The notes below the pieces were generated by a model that saw only the letters and a list, made by a program, of their open reading frames with translations, did no database searches and was not told the DNA's origin. Positions 23,690 through 32,322 of a stretch of 32,322 nt of DNA are shown piece by piece. The translations under genes and the position numbers were made by a program. The first letter of the stretch is position 1. The number at the start of each line of letters is the position of its first letter. This DNA is from Octopus bimaculoides. Lineage: Eukaryota. The DNA lies in NCBI RefSeq assembly GCF_001194135.2, contig NC_068984.1, forward strand, positions 36,249,409-36,281,730, in the 5' to 3' direction.

Positions 23690-23950
23690 CAGATTCCTTC
23701 CAATGCATCCACTCACAATGGTTTGATCGACCCGGTGCTATGCTAAAAGGCAATTGCCCAAATTGTCATACAGTAGGACTTAATTCTGGACTAAGTTGTA
23801 GGAAAGCAAACTTCTACTATCGAGCCACATGCGCGCGCGTGCATATTTGATCGGATCGGGGCTGTAGTACAGGACACTTGTCAAAGGTGGCGCGTAGTGG
23901 AACTGATCGTGGCCCCATGTGGTTAGGAAGCAAACTTCGTACCATACAAA
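23690..23950 (-). mobile_element. Two tandem, diverged SINE family A 5' fragments
   Basis: aggaaagcaaactt (about 23799) and aggaagcaaactt (about 23926) heads, each preceded by caattgcccaa/cacttgtcaaagg core remnants. Confidence 0.6.
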
Positions 23951-25129
23951 CATTTTCGATATACTATATCTGTGACTTAAATGTATCAAGAGTTGCTATC
24001 TTAATATTTTGTTATGCATAACACACATTCCTAAATCAACATTGTGTCAACATAGGGTGTGTACCAGATGGCCAGATTATTGTGTGAATATATTTAAATT
24101 CATTATAGAGAATGGGGTATTCATATACAAATACTTTTTTCTCAATTCAGACCTCAATTATAGACTTTGGAAAACCTAAATCGAAATTCAGAGTTAGCAA
24201 ACATATGAATCTATATTCTGCACCATCTGTTGATATCATTTAGAATACATCAGCAGCTATACTGCTACAATTTCACGTCAACCTCATAGAATATTATGTC
24301 CAGTATGTCAAGCAAATTATAATCTATAAGAAACAAAAAAGATATTTTATTATATTGTTTAGGCGTTTAAAATTATAGGAATGTGACCAAATTTTCAGAC
24401 AAGTAGTAATTTTATAATAATTTTTTGAAGTAGTGTACAAATGACTTGGTGTATGTTTTATGATGGAGTGAAAATCTAACTAATGTATAATTGGATAGAA
24501 TTACAGATGCACCTTTGAACACATTTATGCCAAATATATGTAGAACCAGCCTGATTATCCTGAACTTAAGTATGAAACGTTATTACCTTTTTCTTGCGAT
24601 GGGGAATCTTTAATTAGATATAAAGATAACATAATGGCGTCGATTTATATTTAATGTTCTTAAATTTCCATTGGAGCGGATATAAAATTTTGAATTAATT
24701 TTGAGTCATGCTTTAAACCTAGGATATATTTGTTTTTCTTTTCTCCATACTATTAAACATTTCCTTAAATTTACAAAAGAATCTATTCCCTTTACTTCCT
24801 GGACGACATTATATTTAGACGCAGTCGTTAGCAGTTTTTAACACTTATACATAACTGGTTCCATAGAGAATAAACCTGTCAACTGTTCGAGACCATCATG
24901 AAATTGCCAAGTACGCATATTTGGAAATCTAACAAATACGTTGCATTCTTGTTCCACTGGGATCCAGTTTGAATGTCAAAACATTTTCACTTATGCAAAA
25001 AATAACTTTGCCTTCAGGATTAATATTGTCACAATGTCAGCATTTTGCGATTCAAGATGATATCTTTCTTAAGCATATTGATTCAGAATAAGATATACGT
25101 AGAAAATATTTGTAAAGGAATACAGGTTC

Positions 25130-25246
<117 letters not shown>

Positions 25247-25277
25247 AGCAAATTATATGTATGCGTGTGTGTATATA

Positions 25278-26228
25278 TTGGGTTGTCCGGAAAGTTCGTG
25301 CCGATTTACATTTCGACTTATTTTAGAACATGGTTGAGTCCATAAAATAGGATTTGACTACACCTCCATTTAGAGCATGGTTTAAGCTATCTTTTCGTGG
25401 AAGAAGTTTTATGTTCCTATAACGTGTGTTAATTCTATAACCCTTTAAAATGGAAGATAAGAACGTTCATTTTCGGGAATTGATGCTTTAATTTTTCCGT
25501 ATAGGGAAAAATACCTCACAAGCAACCAAAGAAATATGCGCAGTTTACGGTGATGTTTCTTTATCCGAAAGAACTGTACGGAAGTGGTTCGCAAGGTTCC
25601 CAGCTGGAGATTGTAGCCGTATTGATGAAGAGCGATCAGGCAGGCCATCCACTATAGATGATGACCAAATCCAGTCATTAATTGAGAATAACCCACATTG
25701 CACAACCCGAGAATTGGCAGAAAGCCTCAACCTATCAAAATCCGTCGTTCATGAGCACCTGGTAAAGCTTGGGTACACAAATCGCTACGATGTTTGGGTA
25801 CCACATGAGTTGAGTGAGAAGAACCTTTTGGATCGCATTTTCATCTGATTCGCGTTATAAACGGAATGAAAACGCTCCTTTTTTAAAGCAAATTGTGACA
25901 GGTGATTAGAAATGGATTATCTACCGAAATGTTCAGAGAAAGTGATCCTGGAGTAAGCGACATGAGCCACCGTTAGCCAGCCCAAAAGCAGGTCTTCACC
26001 CTACAAAAAGTCTTGCTTTGTGTCTGGTGGATTTGGAAAGGAATTCTGTACTATGAGCTTCTCCCAAGTAACCAGACAATTAATTCTGAGATATACTGCA
26101 CAGTACTGGACGAGTTAAAAACAGCAATTCAAGAGAAACGTCCAGAATTGGCCAACAGGAAGGGTGTTGTTTTCCAACATGATAATGCAAAGCTGCACGT
26201 TTCTTTGGGAACCATACAAAAATTGCTT
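25278..26228 (+). mobile_element. Tc1/mariner (mariner) DNA transposon, decayed and 3'-truncated
   Basis: TA target followed by a TIR-like TTGGGTTGTCCGGAAAGTTCGTGCCGATTT and then a transposase remnant. No right TIR. Confidence 0.95.
25450..26228 (+). pseudogene. Mariner transposase pseudogene
   Basis: MEDKNVHFRELML*FFRIGKN...ERTVRKWFARF...RSGRP (HTH), WVPHEL (25795-25812), VTGD*KW (stop at 25907-25909), LLCVWW...YYELLP and FQHDNA (D at 26181). It has stops and frameshifts and lacks the YSPDL motif and third catalytic Asp. Confidence 0.93.
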
Positions 26229-26250
26229 CCCAACAACATGGATCCACATT

Positions 26251-26332
26251 CGACTAAACACATTACAGGAATTTCCCAGCATGACTGGAGTCAAATGACT
26301 GAAACAAATAAAAGAATAAAGGAATAAAAGTA
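26251..26332 (+). mobile_element. SINE family A 3'-tail fragment directly after the mariner break
   Basis: cgactaaa...ccagcatgactggagtcaaatgactgaaacaaataaaagaataaag. Confidence 0.6.
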
Positions 26333-26488
26333 TAGAAGAATACTGTGAAACATCTCGGGCAACAACCTCCTACTTGAATGTTCCATGGTATAGAGGCTTG
26401 ACCTACAAACGACTAAACAAATTTTATCAAGTTGTGCTATCAATTTAGACACACCCCAGTGTCAGTGTTTCGTATATATATATATAAT

Positions 26489-26693
26489 CATTCGCCATGA
26501 TTGATCGCTAGCCACTAAATCTTTGTTTTATTTTTTCTCCTTGTTTATTTCTGTGTTCCTTTCTGTTGAAGAGCGTAGGCTCGAAACGTAAAAGACTTCC
26601 TCACTTCCGAGCGTTAAACTAATAGGTTGGTTTGTTGTTTACATACACGTATTCGTCGTTTTTTTTTTTTTTGTTATTTGTTTTGTAAACTCC

Positions 26694-26697
<4 letters not shown>
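26489..26697 (+). mobile_element. Penelope-like terminal repeat fragment, copy 3
   Basis: cattcgccatgattgatcgctagccacta...ctgttgaagagcgtaggctcgaaacgtaaaagac...ttttgtaaactccaac, flanked by (TA)n and (CT)n(AT)n. Confidence 0.6.
26559..26594 (+). ncRNA. Minimal type I hammerhead-ribozyme-like motif with variant core CUGUUGA-A
   Basis: cttt (stem I) - CTGTTGA A - gagc gtag gctc (stem II) - GAAA - palindromic ACGT stem III with GTA triplet - aaag (stem I complement). Activity is untested and the core differs from CUGANGA. Confidence 0.45.
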
Positions 26698-26755
<58 letters not shown>

Positions 26756-27734
26756 CCACACTCACTTACTCACAGACACACACATGTATGCGTAGCAAAA
26801 ATAGAATATTTTCATAAAAACATGCGCATTTCATTCATACAAGTAAAGTCTTCGGAACGGCTTCCGAAATGTAGTACTACTCACACATCTAAGTAATTGT
26901 TAGAAATATAATTATTTTTCCTACTTTTTGGGACCAGCATGCACATAAGTAAACTCTTGTGAATATGTATAAATATAATAAAGTCGTTAGTTTTGACAGT
27001 AAGCAAAACTTCCTAGTAGAAATTTCATCATACAAAATTCTTGTGACTGAACTGCGCTCATTGTTAATGTCAAATATTCATCGGTGATTTAATTGCCAAT
27101 GATGTTTAAAAGTTCAGATATAAATATGGAACATCAGTCAAATATTACATTTCAATGTTTATTTAGAATCAATACATTTCAGAAAATCTAATATTTAACT
27201 AGTCAACCGTTAGTATATGCGTTCTTTAACATTCGACGTTTCATATAATGTTAGGTACTAAAATATACTATATAACATATTCATACATATACCTACACAC
27301 GTTCATATATATCATACGGGTGCCCATGGGGACATTTAATAATATGTGTGTATATACAGGAAATATAGAGGAACAGATAGAAGCTAATGGAAAGTTGTTC
27401 TGTGTGTGTGTGTCAAAGAAATGGAGTGTTTTGCGGTAGGATTATACTCAGTAAGTATGGAGAAAATATACGCCAAGTCCATTTATATTGGTATTGTTTG
27501 TGCCTCGTCTGAAGGAGAAGCATTCGTTATTGACTCAATTAAAATTTCGAGTGGTACGGATGTATTTAAGTAGTTTGTAATCAAACTTAAAGAACTGAAC
27601 CGCTGTCAATTTTTGGTAAAACGCTAGAAGGCATTTGTAGTCTTCAATAAAGTTGGAGTAGACAATTACTAAAATGGGTGCTTGTGTATTGTCATGTGTA
27701 GCTTTATATGTAGACGTGCTCCTGTGTGTCGATA

Positions 27735-27770
27735 TGTGTGTGTGTGTGTGTCTGTGTGTGTGTGTGTGTG

Positions 27771-27868
<98 letters not shown>

Positions 27869-27871
27869 TGT
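27735..27871 (+). repeat. (TG)n microsatellite
   Basis: Directly visible. Confidence 0.95.
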
Positions 27872-28143
27872 GAACGTGGTAAGTCTGTGGTGAAGTGATA
27901 TTTTCTCCTTGAATCAGTACGTAGTATTTTAAATATGAGTGTGTTTTTGTATTTGATTTCGGTGGTTGAGGGAGATTTTGTACGTTTTGTAGTTCCATGC
28001 GTGTTGATGTGAACGTTGCTTTTTTCAAGAAGAAATCGTTGTTATGACTATATAGCGGTTCGAATTTACCAACACGTATTTATTATCAATATTTGAGAAT
28101 GACGAGGGTGTAATATTTTGCGTATCCGTCTAAATTAAGATAA

Positions 28144-28179
<36 letters not shown>

Positions 28180-29232
28180 TGTCGTATCTATAAGCTTTCG
28201 TTTCTTTTTTACAATTATATTTGCTTTCAGTTAAATTAAGGGATATACTATTTAATGTTTGCACATAAAACTAGCCTTAGCACAAACTCCATACACGCAA
28301 AGACGCTAGCACACACACACAAGTACACATACACACACGCACTCACATACACAAGCAAAGACGTGCAGACATACACATTCAGGATCAAAACAAATAAGCC
28401 GTCCTGAATCACACGCACCGTGGGTGAAACAAATATTTGGTTTCTAGCGACTACTTATAAAATTTGCACACTCATATGCATACAAACGCATATACATTTA
28501 TACATACATATACACCCAAACATGCACACATCAACAAACGCTCACAAATGCACGTACACACACAAACATTATCTATATATAAATATATATGAATATATAT
28601 ATATATATATANNNNNNNNNNNNNNNNNNNNNNNNNNNNNNNNNNNNNNNNNNNNNNNNNNNNNNNNNNNNNNNNNNNNNNNNNNNNNNNNNNNNNNNNN
28701 NNNNNNNNNNNNNNNNNNNNNNNNNNNNNNNNNNNNNNNNNNNNNNNNNNNNNNNNNNNNNNNNNNNNNNNNNNNNNNNNNNNNNNNNNNNNNNNNNNNN
28801 NNNNNNNNNNNNNNNNNNNNNNNNNNNNNNNNNNNNNNNNNNNNNNNNNNNNNNNNNNNNNNNNNNNNNNNNNNNNNNNNNNNNNNNNNNNNNNNNNNNN
28901 NNNNNNNNNNNNNNNNNNNNNNNNNNNNNNNNNNNNNNNNNNNNNNNNNNNNNNNNNNNNNNNNNNNNNNNNNNNNNNNNNNNNNNNNNNNNNNNNNNNN
29001 NNNNNNNNNNNNNNNNNNNNNNNNNNNNNNNNNNNNNNNNNNNNNNNNNNNNNNNNNNNNNNNNNNNNNNNNNNNNNNNNNNNNNNNNNNNNNNNNNNNN
29101 NNNNNNNNNNNNNNNNNNNNNNNNNNNNNNNNNNNNNNNNNNNNNNNNNNNNNNNNNNNNNNNNNNNNNNNNNNNNNNNNNNNNNNNNNNNNNNNNNNNN
29201 NNNNNNNNNNNNNNNNNNNNNNNNNNNNNNNN

Positions 29233-29296
<64 letters not shown>

Positions 29297-29459
29297 TGTG
29301 TTTGTCTGTGTGTGCGTGCGTGTGTGTGTGCATCAATACGAATACTTACATATACAAACGTATACATACATATATGCACGTATACACACGACCAGTTTAA
29401 ATTGCTCGCCAAAAAATCCTCGTGCGATAAGGTTAAAAGTACCACCCCAGTGAATATAA

Positions 29460-30907
29460 TCTATATATATAAAAATAAGAATGTGTCTGTCCGTCTGTCT
29501 GTCTGTCTGTCTCTCTCTCTGTCTGTGTGAATCCCTAAAACTCGAGAACTACGCAAGCAATTTCATTCAAATTTTACACATGCCTTACTTAGGGTTCCAG
29601 TTGTGTTTTAGTCACAAAAGATTTTAACTTATTGCAGAGTTCGAGCCCACGGCAACATAATATATCCTCCACTATTTAAGTATTACGTGTCAAAAGTGAA
29701 ACAAAAACACTCATGTCAAATACTTTCACTTTAAAAATGAAACTATTCTACTAACTGAAACAATCACATTTCGATACTGTAATGACAGATACTTTCAGAG
29801 AGAGAAAGAGAGAAAGAGAGAAAGAGAGAGAGAGAGAGAGAGATGTATATGCATACATATNNNNNNNNNNNNNNNNNNNNNNNNNNNNNNNNNNNNNNNN
29901 NNNNNNNNNNNNNNNNNNNNNNNNNNNNNNNNNNNNNNNNNNNNNNNNNNNNNNNNNNNNNNNNNNNNNNNNNNNNNNNNNNNNNNNNNNNNNNNNNNNN
30001 NNNNNNNNNNNNNNNNNNNNNNNNNNNNNNNNNNNNNNNNNNNNNNNNNNNNNNNNNNNNNNNNNNNNNNNNNNNNNNNNNNNNNNNNNNNNNNNNNNNN
30101 NNNNNNNNNNNNNNNNNNNNNNNNNNNNNNNNNNNNNNNNNNNNNNNNNNNNNNNNNNNNNNNNNNNNNNNNNNNNNNNNNNNNNNNNNNNNNNNNNNNN
30201 NNNNNNNNNNNNNNNNNNNNNNNNNNNNNNNNNNNNNNNNNNNNNNNNNNNNNNNNNNNNNNNNNNNNNNNNNNNNNNNNNNNNNNNNNNNNNNNNNNNN
30301 NNNNNNAAATTCATATATTTTTGATGTTGATGAATTTTTAACCCGAACATAACAGATGAGCATTATTTGTAATTCAACAGTACAACAGTGTAAGACTACC
30401 CTTTCAGATATACTTACATTGTGATTTCTGCAATGTGGTGCATAAATTGTCAAGTAAATGAGACGCATCTTTGCCTCCACTGATTCACTTGCAAAGTGTT
30501 GAGTAAAATTATTTCGTTGCAGACCTCCTTTGGGTCTTTTTATTATCACTGCGACACACATAGTCCCCAGTTGGTAACATTGATTTCAAGGCCCTCCTAG
30601 ATGAGAGACTGGCATTCCACTTAATGTTTATGTTCCATGCTGGCATGGATTGGAGAGTTATTAATGTAGAAATATGGAATATACAATATATAATATACAA
30701 TATATAATATAAGATAAAATAAAATAAAAATGGATGGCACCATGAAATAAAGTATTGAATGTAGATGAAATATTGAGTGTTCAATATAAAGGATCAAATA
30801 GAAATATGGTATCGTAGCTACTAACAGTTGACGGTTGCGTAGTCTAGACGGCGTTTTTAGATTTCATTATTCTCTTTAACCCGGGCAAAGCCGGGTATTT
30901 CTGCTAG
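29460..30907 (+). mobile_element. Non-autonomous Helitron
   Basis: 5' A|TCTATATATATAAAAAT...(GTCT)n; 3' GC hairpin acccgg-gcaaag-ccgggt (30879-30896) followed by CTAG|T. Insertion between A and T. No Rep/helicase ORF. A gap at 29861-30306 means the two ends belonging to one element is inferred. Confidence 0.8.
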
Positions 30908-31205
30908 TGATGAAATAAATATATGAATTTATATAAATAAGGATAAGATCGATATTTTAAAATACCGATATTATCAGGTGGCCAGCATGGGAATAAAACC
31001 TCAGTGGTAATAATTAATATGAAAGTTATAATATAGGGTATCTAAGAGATACCACCATGCCTGAAATAGCAGTCAAACTTTGACTCTAAAACAACACTAG
31101 ATGTTCATACAGCACCAGGAGAAAAGACAAAGAGACAAAATAAAGTAGCAAAAGATTACTGGATAATTCCAGATTCCGGATTTCTGGCTCTGCATAAGAA
31201 ATTCA

Positions 31206-31330
31206 GGCGCAGGCGTGGTTGTGTGGTAGGAAATTTACTTTTCAAGCACATGCTTACGGTTTCAGTCCCACTGCATGGGCACCTAGGCCAAGCTTTTTTT
31301 TTACCATAGCCACGGGCCTCACAAACCATA
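31206..31330 (+). mobile_element. SINE family A 5' fragment
   Basis: ggcgcaggcgtggttgtgtggtagg...ggtttcagtcccactgcatgggcacctaggccaag. Confidence 0.75.
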
Positions 31331-31339
31331 GCTCTGTAC

Positions 31340-31550
31340 AGATACCAGATCAAAATTCCCCAAAACAGAAAAATAGCATTCAGCCAAACACATCGTCATT
31401 TGCGCCAATAACAAAAATCCAAGCTTCAGAACTTCTCCCCTCTACCAATTCATGGTCGATACAACCTCTAGCCAACGTATTAGTAAAGAGACTTGCTTCA
31501 TTACAAAATACAGACCTCTTTAGAACGCATCTACAACAAACGACATATCC
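31340..31550 (+). mobile_element. Possible decayed LINE ORF2 C-terminal fragment
   Basis: Frameshifted reading ...PLANVLVKRLASLQNTDLFRTHLQQ resembles the LxNxLPxxLxxxxxxxxFKxxL tail of CR1/L2-group ORF2. By-eye resemblance only. Confidence 0.25.
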
Positions 31551-31959
31551 ACCACAGTCTTAGAATAACACACGTACGCAAATATTAAAAATGATGCACT
31601 CGAGAGAATCCCAAGTATTCGTTAAAAAACTGTCCTAATCAAAGCTATAATCCATAACGAGCCAATTTTAGGTCATTCAACCATTTAACATAATACTACT
31701 ATCATACCACCTACATTCCTTCTTATTCTCCCTTTTCTTTCTCCTTTATCCTCTTCTTCGTCTCCTTCCACTCCGCTACCCCCTTCCTAACTTTACCACT
31801 ATTGCTGTTTAGAATAACAACTACGCAAATTTTATAAACAATACATTCAAAAGAGACGTCTCAAGAATTCAACCACTACTACCATCCACAACAAGTCACA
31901 TTCAGAGCATTTGACCATTTATCATCCTACTACTATCATGGCACTCCCGCATTCTTCTT

Positions 31960-32045
31960 TTCCTCCTCCTTCTCATATTTCTTCTTTTTTTTCTTCTTTT
32001 TTTTCTTCTTCTTCTTCTTCTCCTCCTTCTCCTCCTCCTTCTTCA
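31960..32045 (+). repeat. (TTC)n/(CCT)n low-complexity tract
   Basis: Directly visible. Confidence 0.85.
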
Positions 32046-32322
32046 CAACGGATCGAACCTACCAGAGTAAACAAGAGATACAGTGACAGGCAGAAACAAG
32101 GAAAATGTCCTTTGTATTTGAATATTATGCAAATATTCTTTTAAAAACTTTTTTTTAAATTTGTCCAAAATTTAATTGTTTTCCAAACTAACAGTTGAAA
32201 AAGCCTCAATGACTAAAACCGGTACTGAAATGTTTTTTTTTTTTATGAAATTATTTTAGCACTTTTTACCTTGACATTTTTCCATATATATATGCATATA
32301 TATATATATATATAATATATAT

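Noticed and set aside
24151-24243. Plus-strand TSIIDFGKPKSKFRVSKHMNLYSAPSVDII* after a good acceptor, resembling kinase DFG...APE
   Set aside because: A stop follows immediately, the APE Glu is missing and no other kinase exons were found on that strand.

Overview
Eukaryotic (metazoan) genomic DNA that is AT-rich, very microsatellite-dense and broken by about 12 N-gaps, most of which sit at simple repeats. The SINE and repeat complement looks like cephalopod (Octopus-like) DNA. This is an inference from recalled repeat families, not a database result. Nearly all ORFs in the supplied track are microsatellite or N-gap artefacts. Well supported: a decayed, 3'-truncated mariner transposon (25278-26228); a non-autonomous Helitron with intact termini (29460-30907); three families of tRNA-type SINEs, including a nested insertion with an 11-bp TSD; and three copies of a Penelope-like terminal repeat sharing a non-canonical minimal hammerhead-ribozyme-like fold. 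Moderately supported: a spliced minus-strand protein-coding gene with two long, phase-compatible exons (4436-4230 and 3324-3111) whose joined peptide resembles a BRICHOS domain by eye. Downstream of them lies a triplicated small-exon-like cassette (2774/2755-2699, 793-721, 385-329). No rRNA, true tRNA, CRISPR array or prokaryotic system is visible. All alignments and identities were judged by eye.
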